Shown here: positions 28,878-38,452 of the stretch, in pieces
Layout: each line of letters starts with the position of its first letter
How positions within the stretch are numbered: position 1 is the first letter of the stretch
From: an uncultured Verrucomicrobiae bacterium
Lineage (GTDB): Bacteria; Verrucomicrobiota; Verrucomicrobiia; Limisphaerales; Palsa-1400
DNA length: 64,000 bases
Reading direction: 5' to 3'
NCBI GenBank assembly: GCA_963764165.1
Contig: CAVXRD010000001.1
Coordinates: 320,001 to 384,000 of the forward strand
Made by a program: the position numbers and the translations under genes
Notes under the pieces: generated by a model
What the model was told of the DNA's origin: nothing
Seen by the model: only the letters and a program-made list of their open reading frames with translations
Database searches by the model: none

Positions 28878-29015
28878 TTAAACCGGGGTAAGGCGGCGGC
28901 GGCCCACGCGGCGGCGATTGGCCAGGGTGGCGCGCCCGCTCTTGCTTGAATTGCGATTCAAAAAGCCGTGTTGGCGCTTGCGCCGGATCTTTGACGGTTG
29001 ATACTGACGTTTCAT
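28878..29015 (-). CDS. rpmH: 50S ribosomal protein L34
   Basis: Manual translation [45 protein letters not shown]. Confidence 0.95.
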   Translation of the reverse strand: MKRQYQPSKIRRKRQHGFLNRNSSKSGRATLANRRRVGRRRLTPV

Positions 29016-29105
29016 TTCTTTATTAGATTAACCAGACGTTGCCACATTTTCCCGGGGAGGCGACGGCCCCGTCCTGAGCGGGCAGACCGCAAATCAGAGT
29101 GTGAG

Positions 29106-29133
29106 AAGATAGCGGCTCGCCGCAAGGTGTCAA
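29106..29133 (-). promoter_or_regulatory. Putative sigma70 promoter of the rpmH operon
   Basis: TTGACA-16bp-TATCTT on the minus strand. Confidence 0.55.
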
Positions 29134-29172
29134 TCGCGCAAATTGCCTTTTGGATCGTCGCAAAATCAATCT

Positions 29173-29273
29173 GGTAGGGACGCCTCGCCGAGGCGGCGGG
29201 GGTGAAGCTTTATATATGCGGCTACTGCGGCATTTATCCCGCGCAACCGGACGCCTCGGCGAGGCGCTACCTT
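29173..29273. repeat. REP family A inverted pair (REPIN)
   Basis: GGTAGGGACGCCTCGCCGAGGCG ... GGACGCCTCGGCGAGGCGCTACC. Confidence 0.85.
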
Positions 29274-29294
29274 CGGGAAGTCGTTTTAACTCCC

Positions 29295-30449
29295 TCAATA
29301 ATATATAATCACCCGTCCGTGTCCTCCGAGGCCACCGGCATCCCCTTCCCCGCCGCCACCCCCTCCGCCGGGCGCCAATCCGTTTCCAGCGCCTGACCCT
29401 GAATCGCCATAACCGCCAGAACCACCGTTGGCGGCGCTTCCGCCATAATTGCCGCCGACCGCGTTACTCCATTGGCCAGTTCCGCCGGTTATGTTAATCG
29501 GCGCAGAACTTGTCCCGCCCGCTCCACCGATTCCGAAACTTAATGAATTGGAGCCGCCCGCCCCGCCTGTCGCACTGATCAAATTTCCGAAGCTCGTCAT
29601 GCCCCCCGCGGTCGCCGCCACACCTCCAGCACCTATAACAACCGTGTATCCCGCTCCCGGCGAGACGCTAAATACGCCCTTCCCATAGCCCCCGGCGCCG
29701 CCGCCAGCGCCATGCGCGCCGCTTCCCGCGCTTCCACCGCCGCCGCCACCACCCCAAACTTCAACCATGATCCGGGATATTCCGGCAGGAATTACAAACT
29801 GATTCGTCCCCGCCGCATCGAAGACGGTGATCGCGGGAATCGCCGAGCCTGCGGCGCTGTTCGAAACCGAATTCGCCAGCGCGTAATTTGTGAGGTCATT
29901 GAGCATCGCGTAATTCGAGCCGGGAATTCCGTTGAGCCATGCGGCATCGACGTTTTCGAGGCTCGTGCCATCGCCGGAGAAGATTCCGGCGAACTGATTC
30001 GTGGCGTTGTCAAAAATGACATTCGCCGGATAAGCGCCGCTGAGTTGGGAGGCTGGCAACGGACCGGCAAGATTGCTGGCAGTGTCAGCCATTAAAGCAT
30101 GCGGCGTCGCAAGAATGGGCTGCATCGGCGCCAGCGTCGTGAAAGCTCCACCGCCGTTCGTCCGCACCGCGATTTCGAGCCAGCCATTCGAGGCACTGTA
30201 AATGGCGGAGCCAAAATCCAAGGAAACGGAAAAAAGCCCGTTGCTGACCGCGACAGCGGAATTCGTCGTTATTCCGCCCGGCGTTCCTGCTGTGTCGCAA
30301 AGGGAGAAAACGAAATCGAAGCTGCCGTTGGCGGAGCGTCCGCCAGCGTTTAATTGGCCTTGATAGAAAAATGCCGTGCCCTGTCCAAACGCAGCCGCGG
30401 CGGCGAACGACAAAGCCCCTGCCCCAACCAAAAGACGCAGCGGGTTCAT
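29295..30449 (-). CDS. Secreted protein with PVC-type N-terminal GTAFxYQG domain and glycine-rich C-terminal domain
   Basis: Signal peptide, QGTAFFYQGQL, WLEIAVRTNG, VEVWGGGGGGG...GRVIIYY. Confidence 0.8.
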   Translation of the reverse strand: MNPLRLLVGAGALSFAAAAAFGQGTAFFYQGQLNAGGRSANGSFDFVFSLCDTAGTPGGITTNSAVAVSNGLFSVSLDFGSAIYSASNGWLEIAVRTNGGGAFTTLAPMQPILATPHALMADTASNLAGPLPASQLSGAYPANVIFDNATNQFAGIFSGDGTSLENVDAAWLNGIPGSNYAMLNDLTNYALANSVSNSAAGSAIPAITVFDAAGTNQFVIPAGISRIMVEVWGGGGGGGSAGSGAHGAGGGAGGYGKGVFSVSPGAGYTVVIGAGGVAATAGGMTSFGNLISATGGAGGSNSLSFGIGGAGGTSSAPINITGGTGQWSNAVGGNYGGSAANGGSGGYGDSGSGAGNGLAPGGGGGGGEGDAGGLGGHGRVIIYY

Positions 30450-30644
30450 GAGTAGACGGCTGCCAATGCCGACGGAGCGGGAAGGTGGCGGAAGGCACCC
30501 ACCTTTGTCAATTGTTTTTCCAGCCTTTTCGGGAAAATCCGACGGCACGCTGCTGTGACACAGACCAGCCGCCGCAAGTCGAAACAAACGGCGCGCCGAT
30601 GCATTACAATGCACGTATGATTAGAGGTGGGTGAGGCCTTCAAG

Positions 30645-30717
30645 AATATTGGGGCGGCGACGCAGCACCGCCCTACCTCAATTTGGTAGGGCGGACCTGC
30701 GTGCCCGCCCAAATATT
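30645..30717. repeat. REP family B doublet
   Basis: AATATTGGGGCGGCGACGCAGCACCGCCCTACC-tcaattt-GGTAGGGCGGACCTGCGTGCCCGCCCAAATATT; second copy at 50549. Confidence 0.85.
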
Positions 30718-31250
30718 GTCACCCTGTTCCAATCACACCCTAACAACGCGCCGCGGCAGATTCATCGTCGCATCGCTCCTTCTAATCAATACAATATATA
30801 ATCTCCAAAAATAGGTAACATCGGTTACATTGTTGATTACAAGGCATTTACGACGCTACAATTAGGTAACACTTCCGCTACATTCCGCTACATTTTCGGG
30901 CCGGCGTGTCTTCGCGACCTCGTGTCCTTGTTGTTAAAGGTCTTTTTTCAGGTTGCCGAGGGCGTAGCGCGCATGGCATTGCCGGGCCAGCCGGAAACGG
31001 CAAGAGGATTGAACAACAAGCACGCAAAGGCCACGAAGAGACTTCCGTCAACGCGCCCGGCCAGTGGGAAGAGAACTCTCGCGCAGAGAAGATGAGTGCG
31101 CAGAGGAAGACAAAGACAAATCCGCACTCCACTGAAAACGGCGAGGAACTTTTTTTGGTTGCGGCTGGCCGCGCTGCGCCCTCGCACCCTTGCGTTAAAA
31201 ACCCCCTTCCCCGGCTTCAAAGAGGGACATTAGCGCCAGGACGCCAGGGC

Positions 31251-32960
31251 ACAGCGCGGCAAAGCCGCAACCAAAAATAAGAGGAAAGCGCCGTCCGGTC
31301 TGGGTAAGATTGGATGTATGCAAAACAAACCGCTTACCCATGACGGCGCTTCCAACTCTTTTGTACACAAACATGCTTCCTCAATTCTAGGAGTTCTTTC
31401 GGGCTTTGATCGCCTGCGATTGCGCGGGACGCTGCGCCAGTTGTACGGCCCCCAGGTGATGGAGGCCTACTTGAACGCCTGCCACATTCTGATCAAGGAT
31501 TTCAGCCAGTTGGTCGAACGGACCACCAAAGCGGTCAAAGACAAAGCCAGGGCCCTGGCACAAACAGCCGGGCGGCCTTTTCTTTTCGTCCCCTCCAGCC
31601 AAACCAGCAAGGAGGAGGTGGCGCGCAAGATTGCCGCCCGCGATAAAATCACCGAGGGACTGATCGCCATTCTCAATTGCACGGAACCCTGCATGTCCTT
31701 TCAAGTCGTCGGAAACCCCCAAACCAAACACATTGAGGTGAAGGTTCAGCAGCGCAAGTGCAGCCATCTTTATTTCTATTTCGAGCATTCCAAGTTTGGC
31801 TTCATGCACCTGCGCCTGCAAACCTGGTTTCCCTTCCAGATTAATATCTGCCTCAATGGCCGGCATTGGCTGGGAAAGCAGTTGGATCAGGCAGGCATTG
31901 CCTATCAAAAGAAGGAGAACACCTTTTTGCGGGTGGCCGATATGGGGCGCGCTCAAGGCCTGCTGGACCAGCAACTGCAAACTGACTGGCCCAAGGAGCT
32001 GGGCCGGCTGCTCAATGAGGTTCATCCCCTGCACCGGTCGATTTGCCAGCCGCTGAACCTCAAATACTATTGGAGCGCTTCGGACACCGAATATGCCACC
32101 GATGTCATTTTCAAGGAGCCCGAGAGCCTGGCCCGGCTTTATCCCAGCCTGGTTCACCATGCCATCAGTTCCTTTTCCAGCGCGGACGTGATGAGGTTTT
32201 TGGGCCGATACGTTCCCATCAGCACGGGCAGGGTGTACGGCCAGTTTGAGGGCGAAATCACCAGCGACACCAAACGGCGGCCGGAGGGCGTGCGGGTCAA
32301 GCACAGTCTTAACGGCAACTCGATCAAATTTTACGACAAGCAGGGCTCGGTTTTGCGGATCGAAACGACGGTGACGCACCCGGAGGAATTTAAAGTTTAT
32401 CGCAAACCGGAAGGCCGGCCCAAGGAGGCCAAACGCTGGCTGACATTGCGCCGGGGGCTGGCCGACCTGAAACGGCGCAAAGAAATCTCTCACCGGGCCA
32501 ATGAACGTTATTTGCAGGCGTTGGGATCCGTCAGCGGAACGGTGCCGCTGTTCCAATGGGTTGAAAAATGCTGCAAGCCCCTGCGGCAGGCGGGGCGGCG
32601 CTACCGCGCCCTCAATCCTTGGGCCCCGGAGGACGGACGCCTTTTGGAAATGGTCAGCCAGGGAGAGTACGCCCTCAACGGCTTTCGCAGTCGAGACATT
32701 CGGCAGGCCTATTTTCCCAGCCGGTGCGATGACCGCGAACTCAAACGCAGAATGGGCTGGATTGGACGCCGACTGCGGCTCCTGCGAGCGCATGGCTTGA
32801 TCGCCAAAGTCAGCGGCACCCACCGCTATGTTGTCACCGAGAAAGGGCGCACCACCATTACTGCGCTCTTGACCGCCCGCAAAGCGGACGTGGACAAATT
32901 GACCAAACTCGCCGCCTAAAACTTTGCCAAAAATGAAGAGTTTTCCGAAATAGCACTACA
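31251..32960 (+). mobile_element. Unclassified 1.7-kb insertion element without terminal inverted repeats, bounded by ACA
   Basis: Removal reconstitutes a hairpin repeat homologous to 33657-33763; left end GCGCGGC-AAA-GCCGCAACCAAAA. Confidence 0.7.
31318..32919 (+). CDS. Putative transposase of unclassified family with C-terminal winged helix
   Basis: 533 aa; GFDRLRLRGTL, HLYFYF, TWFPF, EYATD, NSIKFYDK, VLRIETT, LRAHGLIAKVSGTHRYVVTEKG; sole ORF of the insertion. Confidence 0.65.
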   Translation: MQNKPLTHDGASNSFVHKHASSILGVLSGFDRLRLRGTLRQLYGPQVMEAYLNACHILIKDFSQLVERTTKAVKDKARALAQTAGRPFLFVPSSQTSKEEVARKIAARDKITEGLIAILNCTEPCMSFQVVGNPQTKHIEVKVQQRKCSHLYFYFEHSKFGFMHLRLQTWFPFQINICLNGRHWLGKQLDQAGIAYQKKENTFLRVADMGRAQGLLDQQLQTDWPKELGRLLNEVHPLHRSICQPLNLKYYWSASDTEYATDVIFKEPESLARLYPSLVHHAISSFSSADVMRFLGRYVPISTGRVYGQFEGEITSDTKRRPEGVRVKHSLNGNSIKFYDKQGSVLRIETTVTHPEEFKVYRKPEGRPKEAKRWLTLRRGLADLKRRKEISHRANERYLQALGSVSGTVPLFQWVEKCCKPLRQAGRRYRALNPWAPEDGRLLEMVSQGEYALNGFRSRDIRQAYFPSRCDDRELKRRMGWIGRRLRLLRAHGLIAKVSGTHRYVVTEKGRTTITALLTARKADVDKLTKLAA

Positions 32961-33059
32961 AAGGGCGCAAAGATTTTGCCGATTGTTTTGGCCGATCCCC
33001 GAGGAGTGGCGTCAATACTTCTTGAAAATGGCGTTGGCGTTCTTATGTTAATGTTCAAT

Positions 33060-33317
33060 ATGGAAATCGCGCTCGCTAAAGATGTTGAAGATTTTCTTCA
33101 GGAGCAAATCCGCGAAGGCGTTTGCGCGGATGCGAGCGATCTCGTTAACGATATTCTTCGAGCCGTCCGCGATCAGCAATCCGCCCGTGTCGCGGCGACA
33201 CCGGAATTGGAAGCGTGGCTGCTGGCCGCCGCTGACGAACCTGCCACACTGCTGACAGGCGCGGATTTCGCTGGGATTCGGGAGCGATCTCAGGCGCGAC
33301 CAAACCCTTCGGCCTGA
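33060..33317 (+). CDS. ParD-like antitoxin
   Basis: MEIALAKDVEDFLQEQIREG...ASDLVNDILR; TGATG coupling. Confidence 0.75.
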   Translation: MEIALAKDVEDFLQEQIREGVCADASDLVNDILRAVRDQQSARVAATPELEAWLLAAADEPATLLTGADFAGIRERSQARPNPSA

Positions 33318-33646
33318 TGAACGTCCGTAAAACGGACACATTCCTCGCCGATATTGAGCGGCAATATGGGTGGTACGTCTCGAACGCGGGTGTCGCCGTG
33401 GCTGATCGCTATCTTAACGCCGTGGAAACAGTCTGCGGGCTGCTTTCTCACCATCCAAACATTGGCCCGGCTGGCGGGTTTGCGCATCCAAAATTGCGGG
33501 ATTGGCGTTTCTTTCCCGTGCTCCGGCCATTTGGAAGGCACATCTTGTTTTATCAAATCGTGGCCGGGGAAGTCGTGCTGAGGCGCCCTTTGCATGGGCA
33601 TCGAGATTTGCAAGGGGGGTTGCTCGACCCCGCCTCGGACCATTGA
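33317..33646 (+). CDS. ParE-family toxin
   Basis: VADRYLNAVE, HPNIG, HILFY, LHGHRDL. Confidence 0.8.
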   Translation: MNVRKTDTFLADIERQYGWYVSNAGVAVADRYLNAVETVCGLLSHHPNIGPAGGFAHPKLRDWRFFPVLRPFGRHILFYQIVAGEVVLRRPLHGHRDLQGGLLDPASDH

Positions 33647-33656
33647 AGCATCTGAT

Positions 33657-33763
33657 CCTTGCGACTCTGCGGCCCTTGCGTTAAATCCCTTCCCCGGATC
33701 CGATGGGGTAATTTAACGCCAAGACGCAAAGGCCCGAGAGCGCAAAGATTTTGCAGATTGTTT
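33657..33763. repeat. ~100-bp imperfect hairpin repeat built from CGCAAAG-like 9-nt units (intact copy)
   Basis: CTTTGCGACTCTGCGGCCCTTGCGTTAAA ... TTTAACGCCAAGACGCAAAGGCCCGAGAGCGCAAAG. Confidence 0.8.
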
Positions 33764-33764
33764 C

Positions 33765-34142
33765 ATGTGCCTTCTCCAAGAGTTTTTCCGGGCCATCCTC
33801 GGCCACATTCGCGAACAAATGGTAAAGCTGGAACAAGGCAAAGATTTTAATGGCAGCGTAACTTGGACGGAAAAGGCCAAAGCCCAACAATATTACGACA
33901 GCCTGAATATTGAGAAGGATCCATCGTCCAAAGAGAAATGGCTGAACCGCACCCGCCTCATTGCAGAAAGGAGGCAGCGGTTTGCATCAAAGCTTTCCTT
34001 CGTGGAAGATGATGAAGCAGCGGTAGGCGTCAAATCCCAAATACCCGAGGATCCCATCCCAGTCAAAGTTGGAAGCCCCTTAATTGGAGAAGCGGTCAAT
34101 TCCGATCACGAACCCACTAAGACAACGCCAAATACGACGTGA
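33765..34142 (+). CDS. Hypothetical protein or gene fragment
   Basis: 125-aa lower-GC ORF between hairpin repeats. Confidence 0.4.
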   Translation: MCLLQEFFRAILGHIREQMVKLEQGKDFNGSVTWTEKAKAQQYYDSLNIEKDPSSKEKWLNRTRLIAERRQRFASKLSFVEDDEAAVGVKSQIPEDPIPVKVGSPLIGEAVNSDHEPTKTTPNTT

Positions 34143-34712
34143 GTGTAAATCAGGCCACGGGTGTGGCGCGCAACTGCGTCGAAGACCAGTCATAGCGCGT
34201 TGAACCGGAGGGAGTGAACTTTTTTTTGGTTGCGGCTGCGCGTGCCTTTGCGCCCTTGCGTTGAAGTCCCCCTCTGGCCTCTTTTCCTGAGTTCGGTCGT
34301 TCCAGATTCAATTTTCCTAATTTTTCTCCAAAAATCGCTTCAAAAACACTCTGGTAGGTTTTCCACCACACGATATCCGTGCCAAAATGCGCCCATGCTT
34401 ATGCAGGGTCATATTGAGGGAGGCGGCGCCGCGGGCGACTTCATGCTCAGGCGCGGCAGTCTGGGCGCTCTTCCAGCGGGGCCACATCGACGGATGTTTC
34501 ACTACATTCCCACGCGGGATTTTCAACATTCCAGGAAAAACTGTTGCACTCTATTTCACCCTATTGCACCTACCGTTTTTGCACCCAGCTTGCACCCTCC
34601 AGGACGGGTTTCCGGCAAAGGTCGGCGCGGCGATGCCCGGTGCCAAAACGAACCTTGTCTGAGCCGTGGCGTTGCTTTAGCGTCCTGCCGTTCGTGGTCT
34701 TTATGTTCGTTT

Positions 34713-35870
34713 ATGGATGATGCGCCGATTTCGTTTGCGGATGCGGAGATTACATCTCCTCCCTCGCTCCATATCGCGACGGACAACGGGCGCACGACGA
34801 TGACGTTTGCGGGCGATTGGGTTTGGCGCGCTTGCCCGCCTCCGGTGCAGCCGCTGGAATTAGGCGTCCCGGGAAAAGTCACCGCGGTCAGATGCGTGAT
34901 TGCGGGTGTCAAAGCCTGGGATAGCACGCTGCTGGCGGTGCTTTTGCAATTGCGCCGCCAATGCGCGGCTTCGCGTGTCCCATTCAGCGCGGAGGGGCTG
35001 CCGCCGCATCTCAAAAAGCTGCTGGATTCCGCGCCCGACGCCAAATGGCCTGATGAGCCGGTTCCGCCGCCCTCCGGTTTCTTTTATGGCGCGGGGATTA
35101 AACTCAAAAAACTCGTGGCTGGACTTTACCACGCCGTTTATTTCACGGGCGAATGCGCCCAGGCGCTGTTCCACGTCCTGCGCCATCCCAAGGCGCTGCG
35201 GTGGGATGAATGCCGCCTTGTCATGCAGGAATGCGGGCCGGCCTCGCTGGGAATCGTCGGATTGATCAGCTTTTTGACCGGGTGCATCCTGGCCTGGCAG
35301 GGCGCGCTGCAATTGCGCCAGTTCGGCGCGGAAATTTACGTGGCCGATCTTGTCGGCGTGGCGCTCGTGCGCGAGATGGGGCCGATCATGGTTTCAATCG
35401 TTCTGGCGGGCCGGATTGGCGCGGCCTTTGCGGCCCACCTGGCTACCATGGAGGCGTCGGAGGAAGTTGACGCGCTGCGGACTTGGGGGTTCTCGCCGGT
35501 GCAATTTCTCGTGCTGCCGCGCATCGTCGCCTTGACAGCGATGATGCCAATCCTGGTGCTTTACGCCAATCTGCTGGGGATCGTCGGCGGCCTGCTGGTG
35601 GGAATGGGCGTGCTCGGTTTGGCGCGCGACGCGTATATGTCAGAAACGTGGCGGGCGCTGCACATGGGCGACCTGGAAATCGGACTTGCCAAGAGCATCG
35701 TCTTTGCCATTGGCGTGGCGAGCATCGGCTGCGCGAGCGGATTGAAGGCGGATCGCAGCGCGGAAGGCGTGGGCGCGGCGACGACTTCATCGGTTGTCAA
35801 AAGCATTTTGTTCATCATCATCGTGGACGCCATTTTCGGCGCGTGTTCGCAGCCCGCAACAGTGGCATGA
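34713..35870 (+). CDS. MlaE-family ABC permease with N-terminal STAS-like domain
   Basis: WDSTL, VREMGPIMVSIVLAGRIGAAFAA, EEVDALRTWG, GVGAATTSSVV. Confidence 0.9.
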   Translation: MDDAPISFADAEITSPPSLHIATDNGRTTMTFAGDWVWRACPPPVQPLELGVPGKVTAVRCVIAGVKAWDSTLLAVLLQLRRQCAASRVPFSAEGLPPHLKKLLDSAPDAKWPDEPVPPPSGFFYGAGIKLKKLVAGLYHAVYFTGECAQALFHVLRHPKALRWDECRLVMQECGPASLGIVGLISFLTGCILAWQGALQLRQFGAEIYVADLVGVALVREMGPIMVSIVLAGRIGAAFAAHLATMEASEEVDALRTWGFSPVQFLVLPRIVALTAMMPILVLYANLLGIVGGLLVGMGVLGLARDAYMSETWRALHMGDLEIGLAKSIVFAIGVASIGCASGLKADRSAEGVGAATTSSVVKSILFIIIVDAIFGACSQPATVA

Positions 35871-36652
35871 GCGCCGCCGATTCCAAATTTGCGGTCGAAG
35901 CGCGCAATCTGGATTGCGGCTACGGCGGAAAGCCCGTGCTGCGCGGCCTGAACTTTCAAGTGAGGCCCGGCGAGATTTTCGTCATCATGGGAGAAAGCGG
36001 CTGCGGCAAAAGCACGCTCTTGAAACATCTCATCGGGCTGAATCCTCCGCTGGCGGGCGAGGTTATTTTTCACGGGCGCAATTATTCGCACGCGCAAGGG
36101 CCGGAGCGATACGACTTGCAGCAGCGTTTTGGCGTGCTTTATCAAAGCGGCGCGCTCTGGAGTTCGCTGACGGTGGCGGAAAATGTCGCGCTGCCATTGA
36201 TCGAGCACACGACGCTGGATCGAGCGACGATCAATGAATTGGTCATGCTGAAGTTGGCGCTCGTTCGCATGGAGGCTTTCGCGCATTTTTTCCCCTCGGA
36301 AATCAGCGGCGGCATGAAAAAGCGCGCGGGGCTGGCGCGGGCGATGGCGCTGGACCCGAGCCTGCTCTTTTTTGACGAGCCATCCGCGGGGCTTGATCCG
36401 ACTTCATCGCGGGAATTGGACGATTTGATGATTCGCGTGCGCGACAATCTTGGCACCACGCTCGTCGTGGTGACGCACGAACTGGCGAGCATTTTCGCCA
36501 TCGCGGACAACGCGATGATGCTGTGCAAGGAAACGCAAGGCATCATCGAAATCGGTCATCCCGCCGAGATGGCGCGCAATTCGACGCACCCGGTCGTGCA
36601 TCGTTTTTTGAATCGTGAACCTCGGGACAAAACCGCGGCAGCTTCCTTATGA
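35867..36652 (+). CDS. MlaF-like ABC ATP-binding protein
   Basis: GESGCGKST, ISGGMKKRAGLARAMALDP, DEPSAGLDP. Confidence 0.92.
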   Translation: MSAADSKFAVEARNLDCGYGGKPVLRGLNFQVRPGEIFVIMGESGCGKSTLLKHLIGLNPPLAGEVIFHGRNYSHAQGPERYDLQQRFGVLYQSGALWSSLTVAENVALPLIEHTTLDRATINELVMLKLALVRMEAFAHFFPSEISGGMKKRAGLARAMALDPSLLFFDEPSAGLDPTSSRELDDLMIRVRDNLGTTLVVVTHELASIFAIADNAMMLCKETQGIIEIGHPAEMARNSTHPVVHRFLNREPRDKTAAASL

Positions 36653-37692
36653 CACGAACCGAATTCAATCCGGCCAAGCTGGGAGTCTTTTTGATTGGCG
36701 GCCTCGCGCTTGGCGTCATGGCCTTTGTTTTGTGGGGTCCGCTCAGCGATCTTTGGCAGAAGCGCTACGTGACATTCTTCGACGAAGCGGCGACGGGCCT
36801 CGACGTCGGCTCGCCCGTCCGCCTCAACGGGGTGAACATCGGCAAAGTCGAATCCATTGATTTGTTTTTCGACCAATCGCAAACCAACCGGGTTTACACC
36901 GCGGTCGTGGTGCAACTGGATCCCCACAAAGTCAACAGCATCAGCAAAGGCGGCGTGGGATTCAATGCGATGCTCGCGAACAAGGAGGTTTCCGCGATGC
37001 TTGGCATTTCCGGCCTGGTCAGCATGACGCTGGAGGTGGATTTGAAAATTGAGCCGCACCCGCTGAAGGAAAGCGATTACCACGCGTGGGAGATGTCCAA
37101 TTACGCCAATTACTTTGGCAAATATCCATGGATTCCCGCGCGGCAATCGATAATCGCGAAGGTGATGGAAAAATTGGACGATGTTCTGGAGGACGAAGCG
37201 CTTCCGAGCATCATCGGCTCCCTCGGCGCGCTCATCAGCACCAACAACAGCAACGGGCTGGTTTTCAAAGTTTCCGCCGCCGCCGACAATCTCAACGCGC
37301 TCACCAAAACGCTGAACACGATGCTGGCTGTCAATACGAATGACATTCACACCGTCGTCAGCAATTTCGCGCTGCTCTCCGCAGACGTCACCCCCAAACT
37401 GGACATGCTGGTGAGCAATCTCAGCAACGCTTCGATCAGCGCGCAAACGAATCTCGATAAATTTGGCGCGGGCGTGCAATTCATCACCAACAGTCTGCCA
37501 GGCATTTTGACAAATCTCGACGCGCTTTCGTCGGAGCTGTCGGTGGTGTTGCGGGGCGCGGCACCCATTCCGCCGCAAGCTGTCGAAACATTGCGCAGCT
37601 TGCAGGACACCAGCGAAAGCCTGCACCGCCTGGTTGATTTCGTGGAGCGCCACCCTGAATCGCTGCTGCGCGGGCGGGCCAGCGAAAAATGA
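36649..37692 (+). CDS. MlaD/MCE-domain protein (PqiB-like tail)
   Basis: GLDVGSPVRLNGVNIGKV; C-terminal ERHPESLLRG. Confidence 0.9.
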   Translation: MTRTEFNPAKLGVFLIGGLALGVMAFVLWGPLSDLWQKRYVTFFDEAATGLDVGSPVRLNGVNIGKVESIDLFFDQSQTNRVYTAVVVQLDPHKVNSISKGGVGFNAMLANKEVSAMLGISGLVSMTLEVDLKIEPHPLKESDYHAWEMSNYANYFGKYPWIPARQSIIAKVMEKLDDVLEDEALPSIIGSLGALISTNNSNGLVFKVSAAADNLNALTKTLNTMLAVNTNDIHTVVSNFALLSADVTPKLDMLVSNLSNASISAQTNLDKFGAGVQFITNSLPGILTNLDALSSELSVVLRGAAPIPPQAVETLRSLQDTSESLHRLVDFVERHPESLLRGRASEK

Positions 37693-37694
37693 TT

Positions 37695-38318
37695 ATGAAG
37701 AAACGGAATTTAATCGCATCTGCGTTTATTGCCCTCATGGCCGCCGGCTGCCTGAGCCAGCCCGACCGCGTCCAGTATTACTATCTTTCGGCGCCGGCGC
37801 CGTCGCACGCCTCGCCGATAACACCGGACAAAACATTCATCACTGGTCTGCGCCTGAGTTCCGCCGATTTCCTGCGCGCGCGGCACATGCTCGTGGAGGT
37901 GGGTGACAACCAATTGCGCCCCTCGGAAGACAATATTTGGGAAGAGCTGCCGCAGGCCGGATTCGCCCGCGTGCTCTCGGCGCGATTCGCGCAGAATCTG
38001 CCGAACTGCCAATTGATTCCGCTCCCGAGCGCCAGCGCGAGCCAGCCGCAAATTATTTTGGAAATTCAATTGCTCGCCCTGGCCGGCCGCCTCAAGCCCA
38101 GCAGCGAAGCGGAAGTCGCCGCGGAAATTCGTATTCTTGACGCGAAGGGTCATTTGATTGAACGCGATGAAATTCGCAAAGCGGTCCCGTGGAATTCATC
38201 CGGCAAAACAAAAAACTACTCAGCGCTGGCGGCGGCGGAAAGCAAAGCCGCGGCGGAAATGGCGGACGAAATCGCGGTCAAACTAGGAGCCTGCTGGGGC
38301 AAGATGTCTGTCAAATAA
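37695..38318 (+). CDS. PqiC-like ABC auxiliary lipoprotein
   Basis: Lipobox AAGC, YYYLS, WEELP; operon position. Confidence 0.8.
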   Translation: MKKRNLIASAFIALMAAGCLSQPDRVQYYYLSAPAPSHASPITPDKTFITGLRLSSADFLRARHMLVEVGDNQLRPSEDNIWEELPQAGFARVLSARFAQNLPNCQLIPLPSASASQPQIILEIQLLALAGRLKPSSEAEVAAEIRILDAKGHLIERDEIRKAVPWNSSGKTKNYSALAAAESKAAAEMADEIAVKLGACWGKMSVK

Positions 38319-38436
38319 AGGTAGGGACGCCTCGCCGAGGCGTCCGGCGACGTGGCATTTTTCGAACGCGTAAGGATCTGCGAATGTCCCCGGACGCCTC
38401 GGGCGGAAGTTCCGCTTCCCAGAGGCGTCCCTACCT
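38318..38436. repeat. REP family A inverted pair (REPIN) between convergent operons
   Basis: AAGGTAGGGACGCCTCGCCGAGGCGTCC ... GGACGCCTC-[extra hairpin]-GAGGCGTCCCTACCT. Confidence 0.88.
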
Positions 38437-38452
38437 CGCTTCGCGATTTCGC

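Noticed and set aside
33657..33763. Integron attC site
   Set aside because: GTTAAA precedes TTTAAC (opposite of attC order) and no IntI is present
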